Of a stretch of 45,362 nucleotides of DNA, positions 13,015 through 24,570 are shown piece by piece. The DNA is taken from positions 29,794,018-29,839,379 of the forward strand of contig NC_057718.1 in the NCBI RefSeq assembly GCF_004010195.1. Reading direction: 5' to 3'. The notes below the pieces were generated by a model that was not told the DNA's origin, did not search any database, and saw only the letters and a list, made by a program, of their open reading frames with translations. This stretch comes from Chiloscyllium plagiosum. Lineage: Eukaryota. Position 1 is the stretch's first letter, and every line of letters begins with the position of its first letter. The translations under genes and the position numbers were made by a program.

Positions 13015-14203
13015 CACATGTAATTCAGTCCCTCTCGCTCTTGTTCCTTTAATTAGCAGGAACAGCTTCTCCCATTTATTTTATCCAGGTCTTTCACTGT
13101 TTTGAAAACCTCCATTAGATCCCCTCTTACCATTCTTCTCTCCAAGGAATAAAGCCTCAAATTTTTCAATCTATTCTTATTACAGAAGTCACTCATCCCT
13201 GGAACCATTCCTGAAAAACCACTTCTTCACTCTCTCGAAAGCATTCACACGCTTCCTACGTGGCATCCAAAACGGAGGTCCAACTTGTGTCTTAGGCAAG
13301 TTCAGCATCTCCTCTTTACTCTTGTATTCTATGCTCCAAAAAAAATCCAAAATACTGTACACTTCACTAACTACTTTTTCAACCTGACCTGTCACCTTTA
13401 AATCATCTGTGCACATAAACATCGGCATGATCCTGAAATCCTTTTTAACTTCTATTTTATGTTGCCTTCCAATGTTCTTCCTACAAAAATTATTCACCTC
13501 ACATTTCTCTGCATTGAAATGCATCTGTCACTTATCTGCCCACTTAGCAATTTATCTATGTTTTTTGAGTTCTACACTGTTCTCCTCAGTTTACGATTCT
13601 TGCAAGTTTCACATCATATGCAAACTTTGAAACTGTCCCCTCCACACCAAGACCTGGTTAACTGATGTCAGGAAATACAAAGGTCTTCAATGCCAACACC
13701 AGGGAACTCTACTGCAAACTTTTTTCCCTAACCCAAAAAAGAATGTTTGACAACTACTGCTTCCAATCACTCAAGGCAATCGTATATCCATATTGCTACT
13801 GATTCTTTTATTCCATGACCGACAACTTTCCACACATGAAGATTCTGTGGCACTTTACCAAATACCGGAGGGTCCTTGTGCACTGTATCAACAGCATTAC
13901 CCTCATCAAACCTGTTATCACAAAAAAAATTCTGCAAGTTAGTTAAACACAACTTTCCCATAAGATATTCACATGGAATCAACCTAGCTTTTCTCTATGC
14001 AACTACTAATTCTATCCTGAATAAATCATCCCCAAAAGCTTTCTCACTATTAAAACTAAACTGACTGGCCTGTAATTGCTTGGTTTATCCTTACAACCTT
14101 TTTTGAACAAAGCCACATGTTTACAATTTTCATCACTTGACACCGCCCTCAAGTCTAGGGAAGACTGAAAGATTATATCCAATGCCCTTACAATTTCCAA
14201 ACA

Positions 14204-15587
14204 ATGACAAGACAGAATACAGGAAAAGAGATTGAGTGCTTAGTGGCATGGTATAAAGACAATCTCTTTATCAACATCAATAAAACAAAGGAACTGGTCT
14301 ATGACTTCAGGAAGCAGAATGGGGGTGGGGTGGGCACCCCTGTCCACATCAATAGCGCCAAGGTGGACCCTGTTGAGAGCATCAAAGTCCTGGGAGTGAC
14401 GATCACCAACAATCAGTACTGGTCCACCCATGTCGAAACACCGGTTAAGCAAGCACAACACTTGTGCTTCTACTTCTACTTCCTCAGGAGGTTAAGGAAA
14501 TTTGGCACGTCCACAGACTCTTACCAACTTTTATAGATGTACCCGAAAAGTCATCCAAGATGGCGGGGAAACACAACGCTGCAACCTGAGCTCACCCATT
14601 CCTTCTGTTATTTTTCCTTTCGCTCTTTTTTTTCCTCTTCTTTAGTGCAGTCCCAGCCAAACTCTCAGCGACTCACAGTGGGCCCCAGCCTGGTCTCTCA
14701 GCAGCTCATGGGGTGCCTCAGCTCAGTGCGCGAGTGGATCCTGCCCAGGCATGTTGCCGAGGCACCGGGGGAGATTGGAGAGGAAGCAATTTCAGCAACA
14801 GTGACTGTATTTGCTGCAGTGGCATCAAGAACAGATAACCGAGGTTTCTCCAGGAGAACGAGATAAGCAGAGGACCCAAAGACTCAAACATAACTTATTC
14901 TTTTATTTTCTTAGTTTAAACTAGGAATGATTTTAATGTAAAGTATCTGTTTCTTTGTTTTTCTACATTCTATAAACTTAACTTTTTAAACTCTCATTTC
15001 TCTTACAACTTTGAGCCGAAGCTTTTTTATGGACCAAGATACCTTGGTACCTAAGATGGTGCTATGCATGGCGACATTATAGACTTGTCACGATACTTTT
15101 ATATGTGGCTACACATGACAATAAAATCTAAAAAAATTCTAGGAAGTATTCTACCTGGATGCATTACAGTGTGGTTTTGCAACTGCTATTCTCAAGACCC
15201 CAAGAAACAGAGACGTGAACACAACCCATCCATCAAGCAAACCAGCCTTCTGTCCCTTGACTCGGGAAAGCAACATAAATCAAGACTCCTCCACACTGGT
15301 TATAATATCTCCCATCCTTTTCCATCAGGCATAAGATATAAAGGTTTGTATACACGTACCAACAGTTTCAAAAAACAGTTTATTCTCCACTATTTTTAGA
15401 CCTCTGAATATATCTCTCAAATTTTAAATCGAATGCTGATCTTGCTCTCTGTGCACTTTGTTTGCAGCCGTAACATTGTATTCTTTGCTCTGCTCTTCTA
15501 TCCACTTTTTGTGGTATGATCTGCCTGTACTGCATGCAAAACAAAAATCTTCTCAATTTACCTAGATACATGTGACAAGAAGAAATC
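14204..15587 (+). mobile_element. Rex1/Babar-type non-LTR retrotransposon 3' part, interrupted at about 14545-15138
   Basis: EIECLVAWYKDNLFININKTKELVYDFRK..KVLGVTIT..FLRRLRKFG, then SILPGCITVWFCNC after the insert, and a 3' end tacatgtgacaa. aatttc is duplicated near both flanks. Confidence 0.75.
14545..15138 (+). mobile_element. Non-coding, non-autonomous retroelement with CAAGATGGCGG head and Rex1-like tail
   Basis: It splits the Rex1 reading frame, starts caagatggcgg and ends cacatgacaataaaatcta. A related 5' head lies at about 44425-44645. Confidence 0.55.
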
Positions 15588-15679
15588 CAAAATTTCTACT
15601 TTCATTTCTTTCAAAAATCTTTGGATACATCTCATCCGGTCCTGGTCAGTTTTAAGTACCAAAGGTCTATCCAAAACTT

Positions 15680-15840
15680 AAAGAACTGCAGATGTGGAAA
15701 TAAAAATCAGATTGCTGGGAAAAACTCAGCAGGTCTTCCAGAACCTTTCTGAAGAAAAATCATTGGAGTTGAAACATGAACTCAGCTTTCTCTCCTAGGT
15801 ACTGCCAGACCTGAGCTTCTCCTGAATTATGTTATTGCTT
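15680..15840. repeat. Degenerate PLE-derived short repeat
   Basis: ctgcagatg..gctgggaaaactcagcaggtct and its inverted counterpart gccagacctgagcttctcc, with a decayed ctgaaga..gaaac motif. Relatives lie at about 32780-32880 and 36060-36220. Confidence 0.55.
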
Positions 15841-15852
15841 CTATCCAACTTC

Positions 15853-17155
15853 TAGAGTCATAGAGATGTACAGCATGGAAACAGACCCTTCGGTCCAACT
15901 TGTTCATTCCGACCAGATATCCCAACCCAATCTAGTCCCACCTGCCAGCAGCCTGCCCATATCCCTCCAAACCTTTCCTATTCATATACCCATACCGATG
16001 CCTTTTAAATGTTGCAATTGTACTAACACCAGTTCCTCTGGCAGCTCGTTCCACACACGCACCACCCTCTGTGTGAAAAAGCTGCCTCTTAGGTCCCTTT
16101 TATATCTTTCCCCTCTCACCCTAAACTTAAGCCCTCTAGTTCTGGACTCCCCCACCCCAGGGAAAAGACTTTACCTCTTTATCCTACCCATGTCCCTCAT
16201 GATTTTATAAACCTTTATAAAGGTCACCTCTAAGCCTCCGATGCTCCAGGGAAAACAGCCCTAGCCTATTCAACCTCTCCCTATAGCTCAAATCCTCCAA
16301 CCCTGGCAACATCCTTTTTAAGCTTTCCTGAACCCTTTCAAGCTTCACAACATCTTTCCACTAGGAAGGAGACCAGAATTGCATGCATATACCAAAAGTG
16401 GCCCAACAGATGTCCTGTACAGCTGTAACATGACGTCCCAACTGCTGTAGTCAATAATCCGACCAATAAAGGCAAGCATACCAAATGCCTTCTTCACTAT
16501 CCTATCTACCTATGACTCTACATTCAAGGAGCTATGAACCTGCACTCCAAGGTCTCTTTGTTCAGCAACACTCCATAGGACCTTACCATTAAGTGCATAA
16601 GTCCTGCTAAGATTTGCTTTCCCAAAATGCAGCATCTCTCATTTATCTAAATTAAACTGCCACTCCTCAGCCCATTGGCCCATCTGATCAAGATCCTGTT
16701 GTAATCTAAGGTAACCTTCTTTGCTGTCCACTACACCTCCAATTTTGGTGTCATCTGCAAACTTACTAACTATACCTTTTATGCTCCCATCCAAATCGTT
16801 TACATAAATGACAAAAAAATAGTGGATCCTGTACCGATCCTTGTGGCACTCCACTGGTCACAGGCCTCCAGTCTGAAAAACAACTCTCCAACACCACCCT
16901 CTATCTTCTATCTTTGAGCCAGATCTGTATCCAAATGGCTAGTTCTCCCTGTATTCCATAGGACCTAACCTTGCTTACCAGTCTCCCATGGGGAAACTTA
17001 TCGAACGCCTTACTGAAGTCCATATAGATCACGTCCACTGTTCTGCTCTCATCAATCCTCTTGGTTACTTCTTCAAAAAACTCAATCAAATTTGAGACAT
17101 GATTTCCCACGCACAAAGCAAAGCTGACTATCCCTAATCAGTCCTTGCCTTTCCA
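15853..17155 (-). mobile_element. CR1 LINE 3' part running into an assembly gap
   Basis: YMDFSKAFDKFPHGRL, YVNDL..SKFADDTK..LQQDLD and the CR1 3'UTR tail. Confidence 0.92.
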
Positions 17156-17655
17156 NNNNNNNNNNNNNNNNNNNNNNNNNNNNNNNNNNNNNNNNNNNNN
17201 NNNNNNNNNNNNNNNNNNNNNNNNNNNNNNNNNNNNNNNNNNNNNNNNNNNNNNNNNNNNNNNNNNNNNNNNNNNNNNNNNNNNNNNNNNNNNNNNNNNN
17301 NNNNNNNNNNNNNNNNNNNNNNNNNNNNNNNNNNNNNNNNNNNNNNNNNNNNNNNNNNNNNNNNNNNNNNNNNNNNNNNNNNNNNNNNNNNNNNNNNNNN
17401 NNNNNNNNNNNNNNNNNNNNNNNNNNNNNNNNNNNNNNNNNNNNNNNNNNNNNNNNNNNNNNNNNNNNNNNNNNNNNNNNNNNNNNNNNNNNNNNNNNNN
17501 NNNNNNNNNNNNNNNNNNNNNNNNNNNNNNNNNNNNNNNNNNNNNNNNNNNNNNNNNNNNNNNNNNNNNNNNNNNNNNNNNNNNNNNNNNNNNNNNNNNN
17601 NNNNNNNNNNNNNNNNNNNNNNNNNNNNNNNNNNNNNNNNNNNNNNNNNNNNNNN
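17156..17655. other. Assembly gap (500 N)
   Basis: A run of N; the round length suggests a placeholder size. Confidence 0.99.
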
Positions 17656-17719
17656 ACTTGTTTGTGAGATACAGCAGAAAAGATTAGCACTTCTTGGTAT
17701 AATTCCTGAAATTTGTTTT

Positions 17720-18640
17720 CAAACTCATTTCAGAGTGTGAGCACTACTGGCTCAGTCAGCATTTGACTGTCTCTAATTGCCTGTAGAGGGTAGCAATGGC
17801 CTTTTTAAACTGTAGCCCTTGCTGTCTGAGTACATTCACAAAGCTGTTAAGGAACAAAGTTCCACAAATTTGACTCAGCAACAGTGAAGGAACAGCAATA
17901 CTGTTCCAAAATTAGGATATTATTTGCCTTGCAAGGAAACCTACAGGTTATCTTCCCATACTGACCTTGTCCTTCTCAGTGGCGGTGATCACAAGTTTGG
18001 AAGGTGCTGTTGAAGGAACAGTGCATCGTATGCATAGTATACACTGCTATCATGTGGCAATGGTGAAGAAAGTAATTGTTGCTGGATGGGGTGTTAATAG
18101 TTTGCTGCATGGTGGATAAAGTCAAACTTCAGGCATTGAAGTGCATTCCATCATGTTCTTGATTTTGCCTTGTAAACAGTGAACATACTTTGAGGAGTCA
18201 GGAGTTGAGTTACACACATCAGAATTCCTAGCCTCTGACCTGTTCTTGTTGCCTAAGCGGCAGTTTCTGGTCAATGGTAACCCCAGAATGTTAACAGTAA
18301 CAATTCAATGACATTAAACATCAAGGGATAATGACTAATTCTCTCTCACTGGAGATGGCAATTGATGCTACACAAGATCCAGGCAATGTTACTTGCTACT
18401 TAGCAGTCCAAGCCAAAGTATTGTCCAGGTCTTGCTACATTTGAACATGAACTGCATCATATCTGAGAAGTCAAAAATGGAGCTTTATGCAGTCATCAGT
18501 GAACATCCCCAATTCTGATCGAAGGAAGATCATTGGTGAAGCAGCTGAAGTCACTACCCTGAAGAACTTCTACAATGATACCTTGTGGCTGAGATGACTG
18601 ACCACCAACAATCATAATCACCTTCCCTTGGTGCTATATC
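17720..18640 (-). mobile_element. Old CR1-clade LINE of a second family (related pieces at about 24840-25660, 28310-28760 and 36500-38070)
   Basis: Recurrent degenerate motifs (ccttgtccttctcagtgg, ggtcaatggtaaccccaga, tgcagtcatcagtgaacat as a reverse FTDDC) are shared among these segments. Confidence 0.55.
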
Positions 18641-19880
18641 TTACTGCTTCACAACCCCCCAACCCCAGCTGAAGACTAACTCAAATTTTTCTGTCTTTTG
18701 TTGTGCACTGATGGTTTGGGCTTCCTAACCATGTTGGACGGGACATTTGTGGAAACTCCTTCCTCACAGAGGCGGATGGTGGAGACGTGTGACCAGTAGC
18801 ATGCCACAAAGATCAGTGCTGGGTACACTCCTTTCTTGTCATTTATATCAAATGATGCGGATATGAACTTAGGAGGCTTTGTTACTAAGTTTGCAGATGA
18901 CACCAAAATAGAAGGTATAGTGGACAGTGAAGCTGGTTAACTCAGAGCACAACAGGACCTGATCAGAAGAGCAAATGGACTGAAGAATGGCAGATGGTGT
19001 TTAATTTAGATAACGGGAGGTGTTACATTTTGGTAAGGTAAATCAGGGTAGGATTTTATACACTTAATGGTAAGGTCCTGGGGAGTGTTGCTTGGGGTGC
19101 AGGTTCATACTTCCTTAAAAATGGAGTCACAGGGAGACAGGTAGTAAAGGCAGTGTTTGGCATGCTTGCCTTTATTGGTCAGTCCATTGACTATAGTAAT
19201 TGGAACATCATGATTATGCTGTACAGGACATTGGTTAGGGCACTTTTGGAATTCTGCATTCAATTCTGGTCTCCCTGCTGAAGGTGAGATGTTGGGAAAC
19301 TTGAAAGGGTTCAGAGAAAATTTACAAGGATCTGGATGTAAGTTTGCTCGCTGAGCTGGAAGGTTTGTTTTCAGATGCTTCATCACCATACTAGGTAACA
19401 TCATCAGTGAGCTTCTGGTGAAGCACTGGTGTTAGTGATCGCGCCCCCCTTTCTATTATGTGTTTAGATTTCCTTGGGTTGGGGATGTCATTTCCTGTGG
19501 TGATGCAGTTTCCTGTTCTTTTTCTCAGAGGGTAGTAAATGAGGTCCAAGTAGATGTGTTTGTTGATAGAGTGCCAGTTGGAATGCCGAGGTTCAAAGAA
19601 TTTTCATGCGTGTCTCTGTTTGGCTTGTCCTTGCAAGGATGTGTTGTGCCAAAATGGTGTGCTTCCTCATCTGCATGCAAGGATACTAGTGAAAGTGAGT
19701 CATGTCTTTTGGTTGCGGGTTGATGTTCATATATCCTGGTGGCTAGTTTTCTGCCTGTTTGTCCTATGTAGTATTTGTTACAGATTTTGTAAGGCATTTT
19801 GTAAATGACATTAGTTTTGCTTGTTGTCTGTATAGGGTCTTTCAAGTTCATTAGCTGCTGTTTCACTGTGTTGTGGGTTT

Positions 19881-20206
19881 TTTTGATTTGATTAGATTAG
19901 ATTCTCTACAATATGAAAGCAGGCCCTTCAGCCCAACAAGTCCACACCGACTCTCCCAGGCCCAACAACAGTAACCCATCCAGGCCCATTTTCCTGACTA
20001 ATGCACCTAACACTACAGGCAATTTAGTATGGCCAATTCACCTGAACTGCACATCTTTGGACTGTGGGAGGAAACTGGAGCACCCAGAGGAAACCCACGC
20101 AGACACAGGAGAGAATGTGCAAACTCCACACAGAGAGGCTGGAATCGAACCTGGGTCCCTGGCACTGTGAGGCAGCAGTGCTAACCACTGAGCCACAGTG
20201 CCACCC
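19881..20206 (-). mobile_element. HE1-type V-SINE nested in PLE A
   Basis: Same head, body and tail as the other HE1 copies. Confidence 0.9.
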
Positions 20207-21084
20207 TTTGTGAGCTACTATGATGCCAAGAGGTCCGAGTGGTCTGGCAGTCATTTCTGATACGTCTTTGATGTAGGGGAGAGTGACTAGGGTTTCTGGA
20301 CATGTTTTGTCTGCTTGTTTGTGTTTGTTGCTGAGAAATCGGCAGACTGTGTTCATTCGGTACCCATTCTTTTTGAATACGTTGTATTGGTGATTTTCCT
20401 CTGCTCTTCGTAGTTCCTGTGTTGCGGTGTGTGGTGACTTGTTAAAATAATGTTTTAATGCAGCTTCATTTATGGGTGTTCTGTAGTTCAGTATTTGGTC
20501 TGTATGTGTTGTTTTCCTGTAGACGCTGGTTTGAAGTTCCCCATTAGCTGTTTGCTTTACTGTGACATCTAGGAATGGCAGTTTGTTGTTGTTTTCCTCC
20601 TCTTTAGTGAATTTTATGCCAGGAACGGATATTATTGATGGTCTTGAAGGTTGCCTCTAATTTTTTTCATTTAGTGATGACAAAGGTGTCATCGACATAG
20701 CAGATCTAAAATTTGGGTTAGATGGTTGGCAGAGCTGTTTATTTGAGTCTCTGCATTACCGCCATTGCTAAGAATCCTGATATTGGACATCCCATGGGTG
20801 TTCTGTTGGTTTGTCTGTAGGTTTTGTTATTGAAAGTGAAGTGGATGATAAAGCTTAGGTCCACTAGCTTGACGATACTGTCCTTGCTGATGAAATTGGT
20901 GATGTTTGGTGTGTGGGTGTTGTTGGTTCTTCTAGTAGTATAGTCAGTATTTCCTTGGCTTGGTTGATGTTGACGGATCCAATAAGGCGGTTATGTCAAA
21001 GGAAGCAATTATTTCATCCTCTTCTATCTTGGTGCCTATGATGGTGTTCAGGAATTCTTGGGTGGAGTGGATGGAGTGGTGTGA

Positions 21085-23573
21085 GAGCACCTCACCTCTC
21101 TACAGTCAACCCTGCCTCAGCTGAGGGCCACACTCTCTCAGAATTGCAAAGGACCCCTTCTGTACTATACTCTCAGGAGAATTCATACTCTCAACAAACA
21201 GTATCTCAACACCATCTCAAACAGCAAAAACTGTAAGTACAACAAACTTTTATTTACCCACCTCCATAACCAGCACTCCTCAAACATTCCAGAAGATTCC
21301 CCTGGCCTCTGGAACTGCTCGGAAACCATTAGCCATGCAGCTGCTGCAGCTACCATCCCCACGGTGATGGATGATATCACTTCAACCCCCATCACAGTTG
21401 CTTCCACAGCCACTTCCGCCCCTCAATTCCTCATGCACTACAAGTGACATCACTTTCGCCCCTCACATCATCACTGATGTCACATGCTCAGTGACTTCCG
21501 TCCCCCCCACTGCCATGTTTGCCACCACTTCCGCGCCCCCACCGCTACTCACCTGCATTCTGCTGACACGCCCCCCGCAGGTCCCACTGTCACCGTCACC
21601 ATCCCCGCCCCCCAGAACCCTGAGGGGAATAACACCCCTGCTCATGACTCCACCCCCATTCCCCCTAACACCACACCAACTCCAGTTACAGGCTCCACTC
21701 TCTCTCCCAGCTCCACACCAACCCCAGGTGCCAGCTCCTAGCCCTGCCAAGTTTTCACCATACGCCCCAGACCTCCCCCTCACTGAGGACGAACGATCAG
21801 TCCTCAACAAAGGCCTCACCTTTATCCCCCTTCGTCCACACCCCACTGAATTTAATACACACCGTGACGGTGAACACTTCTTCCACTGCCTCCGCGCTTA
21901 CTTTTACAATCAAGATTCCCGCCCACCTTCCAAGAGCCCCTTTGCCCGCCTCCAACACACTCCATCCACCTGGACACCCCGCGCAGGTCTATTACCTGCC
22001 CTTGATCGCTTCCTTTCCAACCACCGCTGAGACATTAACCGCCTCCACCTGTCTACCCCCCCTCCCCCTCAACGCGCAGCCCTCCACTCCCTCTGCTCCA
22101 ATCCCAACCTCATCATCAAACCAGCAGATAAAGGGGGTGCAGTGGTAGTTTGGCGCACTGACCTCTACACCGCTGAAGCCAGACGCCAATTAGAAGACAC
22201 CTCCTCCAACCGCCCCCTTGACCATGACCCCACCCCACCCCAATCACCAAACCGTCATCTCCCAGACCATACAGAACCTCCACCTCAGGAGATCTCCCAC
22301 CCACAGCTTCCAACTCATGGTCCGGGAACCCCGCACTGCCGGATTCTACCTCCTTCCCAAGATTCACAAGCCTGACCACCCTGGCCACCATAATCTCAGT
22401 CTGCTCCTGCCCCACCAAACCCATGTCCACCTACCTTGACACTGTCCTATCCTCCATAGTCAAGGAACTCTCCACATACGTTCGAGACACAATCCACGCC
22501 CTCCACCTCCTCCAAGACTTCCGTTTCCCCAGCCCCCAACCCCTCATCTTCACCATGGACATCCAATCCCTCTCCACCTCCATCCGCCATGATCCGGGCC
22601 TCCAAGCCCTCTGTTTCTTCCACTCCCGACGTCCCCAACAGTACGCTTCCACTGACATACTCATTCGTTTGGCTGAACTTGTCCTCACCCTAAACAATTT
22701 TTCCTTTGAATCCTCCCACTCCCTCCAGACCAAAGGGGTAGCCATGGGCACCCATATGGGGCCCAGATATGCCTGTCTCTTTGTTGGCTACGCAGAACAG
22801 TCCATCTTCCGTAGTTACACCAGCACCACTCCCCACCTCTTCCTCCGCTACATTGATGACTGCATTGGCGCCACCTCATGTTCCCGCGAGGAGGTTAAGC
22901 AATTCATCAACTTCACCAACATATTCCACCCTGACCTTAAATTCACCTGGACCATCTCTGACACCTCCCTCCCCTTCCTGGGCCTCTCCATCTCCATTAA
23001 TGACGACCGACTTGACACTAACATTTTTTACAAACCCACCGATTCTCACAACTACCTGGATTATACCTCTTCCCACCCTACCTCCTGCAAAAATGCCATC
23101 CCGTATTCCCAATTCCTCCGCCTCCGCCCCCAGGAGGACCAGTTCCACCACAGATCACACCAGATAGCCTCCTTCTTTAGAGACTGCAATTTCCCTCCAA
23201 ACGTGGTTAAAGATGCCCTCATCCACATCCCGCCTCTCCGCCCTCAAACCCCACCCCTCCAATAATAACAAGGACAGAACCCCCATGGTGCTCACCTTCT
23301 ACCCTACCAACTTTCGCATAAACCACATCATCCAACGACATTTCTGCCACCCCCAAATGGACCACACCACCAGGGATAATTTCCCTCCCCACCCCTTTCC
23401 GCTTTCTGCAAAGACAGTTTCCTCCGTGACTACCTGGTCAGGTCCACCCCCCCCACAACCCACCTCCCTTCCTGGAACCCTCCCCTGCCACCGCAGAAAT
23501 TGTGAAACCTGCGCCCACACCTCCTCCCTCACCTCCATCCAAGGCCCCAAAGGAGCCTTCCACATACATCAAA
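21085..23573 (+). mobile_element. Penelope-like element B, frameshifted RT, truncated just before the GIY-YIG motif
   Basis: ERSVLNKGLTFIP, IIKPADKGGAVVVW, FYLLPKIHKPD, FTMDIQSL, QTKGVAMGTHMGP, FLRYIDD, DIFYKPTD-like and PCHRRNCETC. Several frameshifts and stops are present. Confidence 0.92.
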
Positions 23574-24279
23574 TCTGTACATTGGTGTTCCAGGTAGCGA
23601 GACTATGGGTCTGAGAGGGGCTCCTGGTTTGTGAATTTTGGGTAATCTGTAGAAGCGTAGTGTGTTGGCTGCTTCTAGTTTCACTTACAAGGATGTTACC
23701 AGGATTGGGGGATTTGAGCTGATGAAGAGGCTAGATAGGCTGGGGCTATTCGCTCCAGAGCATCAGAGGCTGAGGGGTGATCATACGGAGGTTTATAAAA
23801 TCACAAGGGGCATGGATAGGGTGAATAGTCAAGGCCTTTTCTTTCTGTCCAGGGTAGGGGAATCCACAACTTGAGGGCATAGGTTAAAGGGAAGAGGGAA
23901 AAGATTTAAAATGGATCCAAGGAGCAACTTTTTAGGATATCTGGTCGGCATGGACAAGTTGGACAAAAGGGTGTACTATTATATGACTCTTGCATGTGTA
24001 AGATGCTTAATTTTATTAAGTATATAGTAAAATCTTCATTAAAACCCCTTGCAGTAGGAAGAGAAATTCACTGCATTGCCAAAAGCTGGTTGATTGGAGC
24101 TCCAAAGTTTGGGAAAATATGAATCGCAAAACAAGATATAGCACAGAGTTGAAAACTTTCAACATAATAATCCATGGGCTGGGCTGGCACATAAATCTAT
24201 GCAAAGAGGAGTTTGGCGTTAGTGGCGTGTACCACGATCAGTTGCATTCATATGGCACCATTAATATTATGTAATTGTT

Positions 24280-24570
24280 AGGATTGGGGAGTCCAAAACT
24301 AGAGGGCATTGTTTTAAGTTGAGACAGTAATGATTTGATAGGGACCAAAGGGGCAACATTTTCACACACAGAGAGCTGCTACAGAGAGTGGTGGAGGCAG
24401 GTACAATTACAACATTTAAAAGGTATCTGGAGGGTTATATGAATAGGAAGCGTTTAGAGGGATATGGGCCAAGTGCTAGCAAATGGGACTCGTTCAGTTG
24501 CGGAAATCTGGTCAAAATGGATCAGTTGCTTCAAAGGGACTGTTTCCAAGCTATATAACTCGATGACTAA
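24280..24570 (+). mobile_element. CR1 3' end fragment
   Basis: ggggagtccaaaactagagggca followed by a 3'UTR matching the other young CR1 copies. Confidence 0.85.

Larger units (their letters stand above)
12520..14203 (-). mobile_element. Degraded CR1 LINE (resumes at about 15588-15670 after the Rex1 insertion)
   Basis: Fragments IFQSSLD..LFKKGCKDKPSNYRPVSL, GKLCLTNL and MHFNAEKCEV. Confidence 0.8.
19332..23684 (-). mobile_element. Penelope-like element A (RT plus GIY-YIG endonuclease), 5'-truncated, 10-bp TSD; hosts a SINE and PLE B
   Basis: RFYRLPKIHKPGAPLRPIVSLPGTP (about 23580-23660), SIHSTQEFL, TLVTLPYIKDVSE and the GIY-YIG region NVIYKMPYKICNKYYIGQTGRKLATRIYEH. TSD ttacaaggat at 19322-19331 and 23685-23694. 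Decayed hammerhead motif at 19371-19410. Confidence 0.9.
18770..23990 (+). mobile_element. CR1 LINE 3' part split by a 4.35-kb nested PLE insertion
   Basis: KFADDTK at about 18890. CR1 sequence stops at 19331 and resumes at 23685 with duplicated ttacaaggat. Confidence 0.85.

Noticed and set aside
17082..17690. Long ORFs of 180-202 aa
   Set aside because: They are artefacts of the N gap.
22423..23265. 280-aa RT ORF as an active or domesticated gene
   Set aside because: It is flanked by frameshifts and stops, has an altered motif (SLSTSI for SLYTSI) and lacks the endonuclease, consistent with a decaying PLE.
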